The notes beneath the pieces are model-generated. The model was not told the origin of the DNA. It worked only from the letters and a program-made list of their open reading frames with translations, and ran no database searches. From positions 2,829-66,828 of the forward strand of contig JBGOSS010000015.1 in assembly GCA_041476105.1 (NCBI GenBank): DNA of 64,000 nt. Reading direction: 5' to 3'. How positions within the stretch are numbered: the stretch's first letter is position 1; every line of letters starts with the position of its first letter. Shown piece after piece: positions 16,238-24,765 of this stretch. Source of the stretch: Gemmatimonadota bacterium. Its GTDB lineage: Bacteria > Gemmatimonadota > Gemmatimonadetes > Gemmatimonadales > JACORV01. The translations under genes and the position numbers were made by a program.

Positions 16238-16771
16238 ATGAAGCGCCGATTGCCCATCACCGCCCGAGTTGTCGCGTGTCTCTGGCCGGTCCTGTACGCC
16301 GGCTTCCCGTCGCCGGCGCAGGCCCAGTCACCGGTTTCCGCTCCCCACCAAACCGAGGCGGTCGTGACGACTCATGCACGCGGCGACTTCGACGTGACGC
16401 TGACTCCCCAGGCGACCGCCGACAGCGCGGTGGCCGCATCCCTCGGCAGGATGTCGATCGACAAGCAATACCACGGCGACCTCGAGGCGAGCGCCAAGGG
16501 CGAAATGCTGGCCGCCATGAGTAGCGTCCGGGGCTCGGCGGGTTACGTCGCGATCGAGCGGGTCAGCGGAACGCTCCAGGGCCGCCACGGCACGTTCATG
16601 CTCCAGCATTCCGGCTCCATGACGCGCGGCACGCCACAGCTCTCGGTCACCGTGGTGCCCGACTCGGGCACCGACCAGCTGGTGGGTCTCGCCGGCACGA
16701 TGATGATCATCATCGCCCCCGACGGAAAGCACTCCTACGATTTCGAGTACACGATCGCCGCTGCGCATTGA
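16238..16771 (+). CDS. DUF3224 domain protein with signal peptide
   Basis: YHGDLEASAKGEMLAA...GSAGYVAIERVSGTLQGRHGTFMLQHSG pattern. GGAG lies 5 nt before ATG 16238. Confidence 0.7.
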   Translation: MKRRLPITARVVACLWPVLYAGFPSPAQAQSPVSAPHQTEAVVTTHARGDFDVTLTPQATADSAVAASLGRMSIDKQYHGDLEASAKGEMLAAMSSVRGSAGYVAIERVSGTLQGRHGTFMLQHSGSMTRGTPQLSVTVVPDSGTDQLVGLAGTMMIIIAPDGKHSYDFEYTIAAAH

Positions 16772-16802
16772 GCGGCGGTTCTCGCCGCGGAGAACCTCCA
16801 CC

Positions 16803-17093
16803 ATGGTGTTGCTCCTGGTCGCGTTGGTCGGACTGATCGTCGGTGACGGCCTGTTCTTCTACTGGCTCGCCTTCGACTATCATGGCGTGCGCGCGATGCT
16901 GGACGACCGGCTCGCGCTCGCCTTCATCGTCGACGCCCTGCTCACGCTGGGGATCTTGACGGTGCACTTCGCGCGCACCCCCCCGGGCCGGGTGCGGTGG
17001 CCGTGGTTCGTGGTGCTGTCGCTGGTCGGCGGACTGTGCTTCGGCTTGCCCTTCTACTGGTGGCTGAATACGCGGCGGGGCGGGGCGCGCTAG
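16803..17093 (+). CDS. Small membrane protein (DUF2834-like)
   Basis: 96 aa, three helices, sequence LFFYWLAFDYHG...FYWWL. Confidence 0.55.
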   Translation: MVLLLVALVGLIVGDGLFFYWLAFDYHGVRAMLDDRLALAFIVDALLTLGILTVHFARTPPGRVRWPWFVVLSLVGGLCFGLPFYWWLNTRRGGAR

Positions 17094-17722
17094 GGTGCCG
17101 GCGCGAAGGTGATCTCGACGCTGTATCCCTCGGCGGCGAAGAGGCCGACCAGGAAGCGGCGCGCGCTGTCTTCGGCATGCGCGATGACCGCCAGGTCCCG
17201 GGCGGTTGCGGCGAGCTGCCGGCGGGCGAGCTGGAAAATCGTGTCGCGGTCCGCCGGGTGGAAGGGGTTCCACAGGCCGCGGCTCTCGTCGTAGGTCTTC
17301 AGCTGCACGACGTCCACGCCCAGCAAGCGGGCGTGCGGGAGCACCAGAGTGATGTGCCGGTCGCTCTGCCGGATGATGATCCGCGGCGGCTTCTGGAGGT
17401 CCAGGCCGACCAGGGCTTTCCCGGTGACGATGACCAGCGACCGCTTGGTCGAGCCCAGGGTCGTGTTCTCGAACGTCACCACGTCGCGCACCATCGCCTC
17501 GGTGGTGACCAGCTTGGCGACGGCGTCCAGGCGCTCGACCACAACCGACTCGTCGATGGTGGTGTGCCCCCGGAAGCCGAGCATCGCCGCGCGCGGCACC
17601 AGGGTCGCGCCGAGCGCGATGCCGAGGCCAACCGCGAGCGCCAAGGCAACCCACCGCAGGCCGGCCGAGAGGGGAAGTTTCACGCGTGGCACCTCCGGGG
17701 TGATCGACGTAACGTCAGGCAC
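17090..17722 (-). CDS. DUF4230 domain protein
   Basis: N-terminal anchor. Family-like pattern ERLDAVAKLVTTEAMVRDVVTFEN...SLVIVTGKALVGLDL...ITLVLPHARLLGVDV. Confidence 0.7.
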   Translation of the reverse strand: MPDVTSITPEVPRVKLPLSAGLRWVALALAVGLGIALGATLVPRAAMLGFRGHTTIDESVVVERLDAVAKLVTTEAMVRDVVTFENTTLGSTKRSLVIVTGKALVGLDLQKPPRIIIRQSDRHITLVLPHARLLGVDVVQLKTYDESRGLWNPFHPADRDTIFQLARRQLAATARDLAVIAHAEDSARRFLVGLFAAEGYSVEITFAPAP

Positions 17723-17835
17723 ATGGCGATGCCACCGAGGCGGGAGGAAGGCAGGCCCTGCTCCTGGAGAAGAGCCGTACCTGTCGCGCGGGAGTATCGT
17801 CCAAACCGGTGGGAAGAGCGAGGGGTGGCTCGGCC

Positions 17836-18378
17836 ATGAGCGTCCGCAGGCATGTTGCGTTACTTCGCGGAATCAACGTCGGGCGCGCGAAGCGGGTGGC
17901 GATGGCGGACCTCCGCAGGCTGGTGCAGAACCTCGGTTTCAGCGACGTGCGGACCCTGCTCAACAGCGGCAACGTCGTCTTCGACGCGCCGGCTTCGGCC
18001 TCGCGGAAGGCCGCGGGCCGCATCGAAGAGGCCCTCGTGGGCCGGCTGAAAGTCTCCGCCCGGGTCACCGTGCTCACCGCCGACGAGGTGGCGACCGTCG
18101 TGGCCGGGAACCCGCTCCTCCACGTCATGACCGATCCCTCGCGTCTGCTGGTCGCGGTTCTCGCCGACCCGGCTGACAGGCGGCTGTTGAAGCCCCTGAC
18201 CCGGCAGGATTGGGCCCCCGAATCGCTGGCCCTGGGCGCCCGCGTGGCCTATCTCTGGTGCCCGGACGGGATGCTGGCGGGCCGCCTCGCCGCGGCCGTG
18301 GGCCGCGCGCTCGCCGATGGCGTCACGTCCCGCAATTGGGCCACGATGCTGAAGCTGCATGCCATCGCCGGGGATTGA
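17836..18378 (+). CDS. DUF1697 domain protein
   Basis: N-terminal signature VALLRGINVGRAKRVAMADLR...GFSDVRTLLNSGNVVF. Confidence 0.85.
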   Translation: MSVRRHVALLRGINVGRAKRVAMADLRRLVQNLGFSDVRTLLNSGNVVFDAPASASRKAAGRIEEALVGRLKVSARVTVLTADEVATVVAGNPLLHVMTDPSRLLVAVLADPADRRLLKPLTRQDWAPESLALGARVAYLWCPDGMLAGRLAAAVGRALADGVTSRNWATMLKLHAIAGD

Positions 18379-18401
18379 GGGCGCCTACGCGGAGGCTCGA
18401 G

Positions 18402-19155
18402 GTGCCGGAGTTCTACGACCGCCTGGCCCCCTGGTACCACCTCATCTTCGAGGACTGGGACGCGAGCATGGCTCGGCAGGGCGGCCAGCTCGAGGCGCTC
18501 ATCCGCGCGGAGTGGGGCTCCGGCGTGCGCACGGTCCTGGATTGCCGCGGCCGGCATCGGGACGCAGGCGCTCGCGCTGGCGGCCCGCGGATTCACCGTC
18601 ACCGCGTCGGATCTCTCCACCAAGGCCGTCGAGCGCGCCGGGCGCGAAGCGGAGCGGCGCGGCCTCGCGATCGGCACCGCCGTCGCCGACCTGCGGAGAC
18701 TCTCCCGGGTCCACGGCACCTTCGACGTGGTGCTGGCCTGCGACAATGCCTTGCCCCATCTGCTCACCGACGAGGAGCTCGGCCTCGCGCTGACGGAGTG
18801 CCTGCGCTGCACGATGCCGGGTGGCGGGTGCCTGGTGTCGGTCCGCGACTACGAGGTGCCGGGGAGCCCCACGCGGGAGGTCAGGCCGTATGGGGTGCGG
18901 CAGTCCGGCGGCCGGAGGTACGTGCTCTTCCAGGTGTGGGAATGGGACCCGCCATACTACGACCTGGCGCTTTGCATCATGGACGACTCGGGCGGGCCCG
19001 AGTGCACCACCCACGTCTTCCGGACCCGGTACTACGCGGTTGCCATCGACCGCCTGGCCGAACTGATGCGCGCGGCCGGCTTCGAGCGGGTGCGGCGCAT
19101 CGACGGCGCGTACTATCAGCCGGTGCTGGTCGGCACGCGGCCCCGCGCGTCGTGA
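18402..19155 (+). pseudogene. Class I SAM-dependent methyltransferase interrupted by a +1 frameshift in motif I
   Basis: The N-terminus in frame 0 reads (V)PEFYDRLAPWYHLIFEDWD...VRTVLDC. The continuation in frame 1 reads AAGIGTQALALAARGFTVTASDLS...DVVLACDNALPHL.... There is one extra C in GATTGCCGCGGCC at about 18544-18546. Confidence 0.8.
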
Positions 19156-19254
19156 TCCCGATCGTTTTCTTGACGATTGTCGCGCGGGGACGCATCCTCA
19201 CTCGTCGCGTCCCGACGTGGCACGACGCTGCACCTTCCCCCGAAGGGAGTTCCC

Positions 19255-19785
19255 ATGCGAACCGGCGTCTACATCGTTCCCACGCACCGGTGGTACATCG
19301 AGCGGACGGTCTGGTTGATCGCCGGCTTTGTGCTGCTGACGAGCACGACGCTCGCGGCGCTGGTCGACCCGCGGTGGGTGCTGCTGGTCATCGCAACCGG
19401 GCTCTCATCGATCACCGTGGCCCTGACGGGATTCTGCCTCGTGGGCAACGTGCTCATGCGGCTGGGCTTCACGCCCATGCTGGGGGCGCGCGCGACCTCG
19501 CGGCGGAAACTGTACTTCATGCAGACTGATCGCTGGTACCTCGAGCGGCGCATCTACCTCGCGGTGGGGATCAACATCTCCGTGGCATCAGTGCTGGTGC
19601 TCGTGCACAGCCTCTGGTGGCTGCTGTTCACCGGCTTCGTCGGCGGCGCGATGGTGTGGTTCGCGGCGACCGGATACTGCATCATGGCGAACGGCCTGTA
19701 CTGGCTGGGGGCCGAGCCGCGGCTGGCGCCGGAGCGCGAGCCGGCCCGCGACGCCGTCCCGGGCATCGGATCGCCGGCCGCCTAA
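19255..19785 (+). CDS. Membrane protein with two DUF2892 (YgaP-like) repeats
   Basis: Internal duplication RWYIERTVWLIAG...GFCLVGNVLMRLG and RWYLERRIYLAVG...GYCIMANGLYWLG. Confidence 0.7.
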   Translation: MRTGVYIVPTHRWYIERTVWLIAGFVLLTSTTLAALVDPRWVLLVIATGLSSITVALTGFCLVGNVLMRLGFTPMLGARATSRRKLYFMQTDRWYLERRIYLAVGINISVASVLVLVHSLWWLLFTGFVGGAMVWFAATGYCIMANGLYWLGAEPRLAPEREPARDAVPGIGSPAA

Positions 19786-19788
19786 CGG

Positions 19789-20280
19789 GTGGATATCGCG
19801 GACACCACGCTGCACATCCCGCACCCCTACCCCGAAGGGGCGGCGGAGCAGTGGATCGGAACCCACGCCGCGGGCTGGCGGGACGGCACGCTGGTGACGT
19901 ACGCCATCACCGGCCTCGACGGCGGTGCGCTGATCGGCGCCATCGGACTGACCATCGCCCCGCAACACGCGCGCGGAGAGCTGGGCTACTGGATCGCGCT
20001 GCAGCACTGGAGCCGGGGCTTCTGCACCGAGGCGGGGCAGGCGATACTGGCGCTCGGCTTCCAGGTGCTGCGGCTGCACCGCATTCAGGCCCGACACCTG
20101 ACGCGCAATCCCGCCTCCGGGCGCGTGATGCAGAAGCTCGGCATGCGCCTCGAGGGCGTCCATCGGGCATCGGTGAAGAAATGGGATCGCTTCGAGGACC
20201 TCGCCCTCTACGCTATCCTCGCCCCGGAGTGGACGCCGCCGGCGCGAGACGCCCCGGTGCCGCGCCCCCCGGTCGTCTAA
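19789..20280 (+). CDS. GNAT family N-acetyltransferase (RimJ/RimL-like)
   Basis: IGAIGL...GELGYWIALQHWSRGFCTEA...RIQARHLTRNPASGRVMQKLGM. The N-terminus looks short and the start follows the previous stop in the same frame. Confidence 0.8.
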   Translation: MDIADTTLHIPHPYPEGAAEQWIGTHAAGWRDGTLVTYAITGLDGGALIGAIGLTIAPQHARGELGYWIALQHWSRGFCTEAGQAILALGFQVLRLHRIQARHLTRNPASGRVMQKLGMRLEGVHRASVKKWDRFEDLALYAILAPEWTPPARDAPVPRPPVV

Positions 20281-20311
20281 CAGCGCGCGGAAGCCGACAA
20301 GGAGCAGGGAG

Positions 20312-20641
20312 ATGGACATCCGGGACGTGCCGTTCGCCACGACCGACTGGAACAGCGTTCCCGAAGTCGTCCACCCCGGCAGCAGCGGCGCGGCATACTG
20401 GCGCACGATCGAGGTCGGGAACATCCGGGTGCGCCTGGTGCGCTATACCCCCGACTATCTGGCCGACCACTGGTGCGTCCGCGGGCACGTGCTGCTGGTG
20501 CTGAGCGGCGAGCTGGTGACCGAGCTTGCCGATGGAAGCCGGCACCGCCTCGGTCCCGGCATGAGCTACCACGTGGCCAGCGACGTCGCGCCACACCGAT
20601 CCCGCACCGCGACCGGCGCGACGCTCTTCGTCGTCGACTGA
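20312..20641 (+). CDS. DHCW-motif cupin fold protein
   Basis: YLADHWCVRGHVLLVLSGELV signature. AAGGAG/GGGAG SD. Confidence 0.75.
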   Translation: MDIRDVPFATTDWNSVPEVVHPGSSGAAYWRTIEVGNIRVRLVRYTPDYLADHWCVRGHVLLVLSGELVTELADGSRHRLGPGMSYHVASDVAPHRSRTATGATLFVVD

Positions 20642-20650
20642 CCGCGCGCC

Positions 20651-20884
20651 TCAGGAGGGCGCGGGGCCCGCGCCCGGCGGCCGGCTGCGGCGCCAGCAGC
20701 GGCGGGCGACCAAGGCAAGCCCGACGGCGAGCAGGGGAAAGGCGATGGCGCCGATGTAGGCGCCCCCGTTGCGGGGCGCGATGGTGAAGAAACGGGCCAC
20801 GACGTACAGCCGCGCCGTGTAGAAGACGAAGAAGGCGCTCACCAGTCCGCTGATGATTGCGCCGACGACGAAGATGAAGCGCAC
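20651..20884 (-). CDS. Hypothetical small membrane protein (77 aa)
   Basis: Only the C-terminal tail of the 20651..22252 shadow ORF looks real (VRFIFVVGAIISGLVSAFFVFYTARLYVV...AIAFPLLAVGLALVA). GTG start at 20884. Confidence 0.4.
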   Translation of the reverse strand: MRFIFVVGAIISGLVSAFFVFYTARLYVVARFFTIAPRNGGAYIGAIAFPLLAVGLALVARRCWRRSRPPGAGPAPS

Positions 20885-20902
20885 AGGGCCTCCGGGACGA
20901 TA

Positions 20903-20919
20903 ACTTTGCGCGACAAAGT
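20903..20919. promoter_or_regulatory. Second copy of ACTTTG-N5-CAAAGT palindrome (candidate operator)
   Basis: ACTTTGCGCGACAAAGT lies in the 21-bp gap between the divergent 20884(-) and 20906(+) genes. It has the same half-sites and spacing as 9464-9480. Confidence 0.35.
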
Positions 20920-21484
20920 GCCTCAATCTAGGGTCACGGGTGGCCCGCCGCCAGCTGCCGCGGGCCCGCCGCCGGCGCCGGTTCTGGAGACCGACCGCCT
21001 GGTTCTGCGGCGGCTCGCTGTCGCTGACGCCGAGTACCTGCTCGGACTGCTGAACGAGCCGTCGTTTCTCCGGTTCATCGGCGACAAGGGCGTGCGGACC
21101 ATCGACGATGCGCGGACCTATATTGTGATGGGGCCGATCGCCAGCTACGAGCGATTCGGCTTCGGCATGTACCTGACCACGCTGAAGAGCGACGGCGTTC
21201 CGATCGGAATCTGCGGGCTGGTGAAACGGGAAGCGCTGCAGGACGTCGACATCGGCTTCGCCTTCTCTCCGCCTTTCTGGGGGAACGGCTATGCGACCGA
21301 GTCGGCTTCCGCCGTGATGATGCACGCCCGGCTGGACATCGGGCTCACCCGCATGGTGGCCGTGACCGCGCCCGACAATGCCGGCTCGATCAGGGTTCTC
21401 GAGAAGCTCGGCCTGCGATTCGAGCGCATGGTCCGGCTTTCGCGGGACGGCCCGGAGATTCAGCTGCTGGCGCGTGAACTCTGA
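20906..21484 (+). CDS. GNAT family N-acetyltransferase
   Basis: LETDRLVLRRL...IGICGL...DIGFAFSPPFWGNGYATESA...VAVTAPDNAGSIRVLEKLGL. Start is TTG 20906 or GTG 20918. Confidence 0.85.
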   Translation: MRDKVPQSRVTGGPPPAAAGPPPAPVLETDRLVLRRLAVADAEYLLGLLNEPSFLRFIGDKGVRTIDDARTYIVMGPIASYERFGFGMYLTTLKSDGVPIGICGLVKREALQDVDIGFAFSPPFWGNGYATESASAVMMHARLDIGLTRMVAVTAPDNAGSIRVLEKLGLRFERMVRLSRDGPEIQLLAREL

Positions 21485-21523
21485 CCGCCGGGGCCGAGGC
21501 CCTATCTCGATGCTGACGGGCGC

Positions 21524-21991
21524 GTGACGCCGCGGCGCACGCCGGGCCCGGACGAGCGGGCGCTGCTCGGGCTCGGTCCGGGGGAGCCCCTGCCATCGGG
21601 GGGTGCGCCGGTGCTTGGCGTCTACTTCACGGGCCACGGCTCGTCGTTCGCCTACCTCGACACCCTCCAGCGCTTCCTGGGACGGCGGCTCGTGCGGGGC
21701 TCGCTCAACCTGCGCGCCCCGAGTGCCTTCGAGCTCGTGGCGCCGCGCATCGCCCGCATCGGCACCCACGAGTGGCAGGTGGCGCCGGTTATCCTCGGCG
21801 AATGCGCGATCGGCGTCGTTGCGCGACGCCACCTCAAGTACGATCCACAGTTCCTGGAGATCTTCTCGCCCGTCCTTTTGGCGCCGGCGCTGGGGCTGTC
21901 GAAGGATGGCGACCTGACGATGTTGCGACTCCTCGATGGGCGCCTGCTTCGGACGCCGGCGAGCCAGGATCGGGGGCCGCAGGAGCCCTGA
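21524..21991 (+). CDS. DUF120 / CTP-dependent riboflavin-kinase-like domain protein
   Basis: The pattern G.G..FAYLD...LGRRLVRGSLNL...LEIFSPVLLAPALGLSKDGDLTML resembles the archaeal RibK beta-barrel. Start uncertain. Confidence 0.4.
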   Translation: MTPRRTPGPDERALLGLGPGEPLPSGGAPVLGVYFTGHGSSFAYLDTLQRFLGRRLVRGSLNLRAPSAFELVAPRIARIGTHEWQVAPVILGECAIGVVARRHLKYDPQFLEIFSPVLLAPALGLSKDGDLTMLRLLDGRLLRTPASQDRGPQEP

Positions 21992-22082
21992 GCGCGCCGA
22001 CAGGCTGGCCGGCCCGCGGAAGGGCCGATAATCTTGGGGAAGCGGCCCGTTCGCGTGTCGTACATCCCTGCCCGGAGGTCTG

Positions 22083-22520
22083 GTGTCCCCACTGGAGGCA
22101 AGCGGCGTCGTAAGCCCGGCCGAAGGCCACGATGGTATCTTCACCATCCGCGGCGGTGGCGGCCCTCGGGCCTGGAACGGGATCCGGTACAAGGCGGGAT
22201 TGTCGAGCCGGAACGTCGGTGCGCAACACCTCTCCCTCAACGTGGCCACCATCCCGCCTGGCGGCGTGGCCTACGCCCACATCCACGTGGGCTTCGAGGT
22301 CATGTTGTACATCCTGGAGGGCCGCGTACGTCACGAGTATGGCCCCAGCCTGGAACATGTGCTGGAGAATGAGGCTGGGGACTTCATCTTCATCGCCCCC
22401 GGCGTTCCCCACGAGGTGTTCAACGTCAGCTCGTCCGAGCCGGTCGTGGCGATTGTCGCCCGCTCGGACGCGAGCGAATGGGAGAACATCGCGCCCTTTC
22501 AGCGGCCCCCCGCGACCTGA
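22083..22520 (+). CDS. Cupin domain protein
   Basis: GGAGG lies 5 nt before the GTG. Cupin motifs AHIHVGFEVMLYILEG and GDFIFIAPGVPHEVFN. Confidence 0.8.
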   Translation: MSPLEASGVVSPAEGHDGIFTIRGGGGPRAWNGIRYKAGLSSRNVGAQHLSLNVATIPPGGVAYAHIHVGFEVMLYILEGRVRHEYGPSLEHVLENEAGDFIFIAPGVPHEVFNVSSSEPVVAIVARSDASEWENIAPFQRPPAT

Positions 22521-22524
22521 CGTG

Positions 22525-23063
22525 ATGGCCGACACGGCAATGAGCCGGATCTTCCTGCTATGTCTGCTGCTGCTGTCGAGCGCCTTCACCGCGGGTGCGG
22601 CGCAGGACGCCGACTTGAGACCGGGTGCACGCATCCGTTTCTGGCTCGCCTACGACGACCTGGCCAGGGTGAGGACGCTCCCACGCAGTTTCGGGGCATC
22701 GTCGTGGCCCTGATGCCCGACACCGTCGAGGTGCGCGTGCACCGGCAGCTGGCGCCGCTCCTGGTGCCGATTCGCTGGCTGGACCGGATCGATATCAGCC
22801 GCGGGCGGCAGTCGGCCGGGCAGGGGGCCTGGCACACCGGGCGCGCGGCCCTGATCATCGGCGTCGTGCTCGGCGCGGTCATCGGCTCGGAGGTGGCGAA
22901 CAGCGAGGGGCGCACAGGTTCCCGCTACTTCGGGACCGTGCTGAGCCGAATTGCGATCTATGGCGGGTCGATCACCGCTTCGGCGGCGCTGTGGGGTGCG
23001 CTGCATCCTGGGGAGCGATGGGAGCCGGTCGCGCTGCCTGCCGGCGTGCCGGACCGTCGCTAG
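22525..23063 (+). pseudogene. Secreted/membrane protein interrupted by a -1 frameshift
   Basis: Frame 1 encodes a signal peptide and first strand (MSRIFLLCLLLLSSAFTAGAAQDADLRPGARIRFWLAYDDLAR). Frame 0 continues with EDAPTQFRGIVVALMPDTVEVRV...IDISRGR...TM. One G appears to be missing in the G-run at 22667-22669. Confidence 0.6.
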
Positions 23064-23089
23064 AGAGAGGTGGAGGGAAGGTGAGCGCG

Positions 23090-23464
23090 ATGCGTAGAGG
23101 ACTCGTGGCCGGGTCGGCGGCCGCGGCGATTGCGGTGTCGGCCTGCGCCAAGCCGGCCGAAGACCCGCAGGAGTCGCAGCGCAGGGAAGAGACTTCAATC
23201 TCGCTCATGAAGTTCAACCTGCGCGATCTCGCCACGGCCGAAGACGTGTACCACAAGCACAGCGGGACGTATGTGGCCGCGGCCCTGCTTCCCAATTTCG
23301 TGCAGACCGAGAATGTGAGCGTCACGGTCCTGGCGGCGACCCGGACCGGCTGGAGTGCCGTCGCCCACCACCCGGGGACGGCGAGGACCTGCGCCTTCTT
23401 CCTGGGCACCGCTCCCCCGCCCATCGCGGGGGAGCCGGAAGGTCACCCCGAATGCACGCCGTGA
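23090..23464 (+). CDS. Lipoprotein, unknown function
   Basis: Lipobox IAVSAC. The mature part has a pilin-like N-terminal helix flavour (NLRDLATAEDVYHKHSGTYV). Confidence 0.6.
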   Translation: MRRGLVAGSAAAAIAVSACAKPAEDPQESQRREETSISLMKFNLRDLATAEDVYHKHSGTYVAAALLPNFVQTENVSVTVLAATRTGWSAVAHHPGTARTCAFFLGTAPPPIAGEPEGHPECTP

Positions 23465-23493
23465 ACGGGCGGCACTGAGGACCGGACCACCGC

Positions 23494-23838
23494 GTGTACG
23501 AATCGCACCGACACGAGCCACTGAGCAGGCCGCGCTTTCTGCGGCGCCTGGCGCAGCACTACGCGGTGGCCGGCGGCCTCGTCGCCGGCTCGCTGGTTGC
23601 GGGCATGGCGGGGTACGAGCACTACGAGCATCTCGCGTGGCGGGACGCGTTCCTGAACGCCGCCATGCTGCTGGGTGGAATGGGGCCCGTCGATCCGCCC
23701 CACACCAACGGCGGAAAGCTGTTCGCCGGTCTCTACGCGCTGTACGCCGGATGTGTCTTCCTGCTGGTTGCCGGTGTCGCCTTCGCGCCGGTCCTGCACC
23801 GCCTCCTTCACAAGTTCCACTGGACCCAGGAGCGCTAG
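23494..23838 (+). CDS. Hypothetical membrane protein
   Basis: 114 aa, two to three helices (GGLVAGSLVAGMAGY, LFAGLYALYAGCVFLLVAGVAFAPVL). Confidence 0.5.
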   Translation: MYESHRHEPLSRPRFLRRLAQHYAVAGGLVAGSLVAGMAGYEHYEHLAWRDAFLNAAMLLGGMGPVDPPHTNGGKLFAGLYALYAGCVFLLVAGVAFAPVLHRLLHKFHWTQER

Positions 23839-23873
23839 CCAGCGCTCCACGTCCGTCTCGGGTCACTGGCGAA

Positions 23874-23890
23874 ACCGCGCCCGGCGCGGT
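23874..23890 (+). terminator. GC hairpin after 23838 stop (weak terminator candidate)
   Basis: ACCGCGC-CCG-GCGCGGT: 7-bp stem, 3-nt loop, no T tract. Confidence 0.25.
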
Positions 23891-24039
23891 ATGACTAGCC
23901 GCAGCAGCGGGTGACGTGTATCACCGGCGCCACAGGGTTGTCGCTCACATACCCTGTCGCGAACCGCCTACTGGCGTCCCCACGAATGATAACCCATGCG
24001 TCATCAACAACTTAGCTGAGCTTCGGGAAACACGGAGTT

Positions 24040-24055
24040 TGGCGTGCCCCTTGCA
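24040..24055 (+). promoter_or_regulatory. Sigma-54 (-24/-12) promoter candidate for the pilus operon
   Basis: TGGCGTGCCCCTTGCA compared with the consensus TGGCACG-N4-TTGCW. GG and GC are separated by exactly 10 nt. It lies about 80 nt upstream of GTG 24135 in a 295-bp lower-GC intergenic region. Confidence 0.55.
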
Positions 24056-24134
24056 GGGAGGTACTCTGCCCGAGAGACCCCCGTTTCGACTCCCAGGTAA
24101 ACCGTTGTCCCCCTGTTCAGCCAAGGAGGAAGAT

Positions 24135-24656
24135 GTGTCACGCTCGTATCGCTATGCCGCTGTCACGGCACTGACCGGACTGCTCTGCATCAGCAGTCTC
24201 GCAGGACCGGTGTCGGCGCAGACGTCGGCCACGGCGTCGATCAACGCCACCGCCAACGTTACCGGCTTCGCGCCGCTCACGGCCGCCGGCGTGAATGACC
24301 TCGACTTCGGCGCCGTCACGGCGGGTACACCGAAGGCACCTTCGAGCCTCGCCGCCAACGCCGGCCGGTTCAACATCTCGGGCCAGCCGACCACGCCCGT
24401 GACGGTCAGCTTCGCGCTCCCGACGGTGCTCACCTCGGGTACCGCCACGATCCCGATCACCTTCGGCTCCGCCGACGGTCTGAACTGGACCTCGTTTCCG
24501 ACGACCTTCGCCACGTTCAACCCCAACGCTCCGTTCTTCGTGTCGACGAACGGCGTCGGCAACCTGGTGATCGGCATTTCGGGTACGGTGTCGCCGCCGC
24601 TCGCTACGACGACCGGGACTTACACGGGCACGGTCACGCTGACGGTGTCGTACTAG
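24135..24656 (+). CDS. DUF4402 family fimbrial-subunit-like secreted protein
   Basis: AAGGAGGA lies 4 nt before the GTG. Signal peptide ...SSLAGPVSAQ. Motifs NDLDFGAVTAG and C-terminal GTYTGTVTLTVSY. Confidence 0.8.
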   Translation: MSRSYRYAAVTALTGLLCISSLAGPVSAQTSATASINATANVTGFAPLTAAGVNDLDFGAVTAGTPKAPSSLAANAGRFNISGQPTTPVTVSFALPTVLTSGTATIPITFGSADGLNWTSFPTTFATFNPNAPFFVSTNGVGNLVIGISGTVSPPLATTTGTYTGTVTLTVSY

Positions 24657-24765
24657 GAGCGGTCGCCGCCCGGTTCATTCTCCGTGGCCACCGTGCCGGT
24701 CTGGCATCGCCCTACGGGCAGCAGCCTGCAGGTGGTGCCCGGGCCGGCACGGCCGCTTTGGGTAC

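Noticed and set aside
18210-19529. 439-aa ORF treated as a single gene
   Set aside because: Only residues encoded by 18402 to about 18545 make sense (the methyltransferase N-terminus). Beyond that the frame is nonsense while frame 1 carries the rest of the methyltransferase, so this is interpreted as a frameshift.
20651-22252. 533-aa ORF on the minus strand
   Set aside because: Arg/Pro/Gly-rich shadow ORF opposite well-supported GNAT, DUF120-like and cupin genes. Only its last ~77 codons (20651-20884) look like a real small membrane protein.
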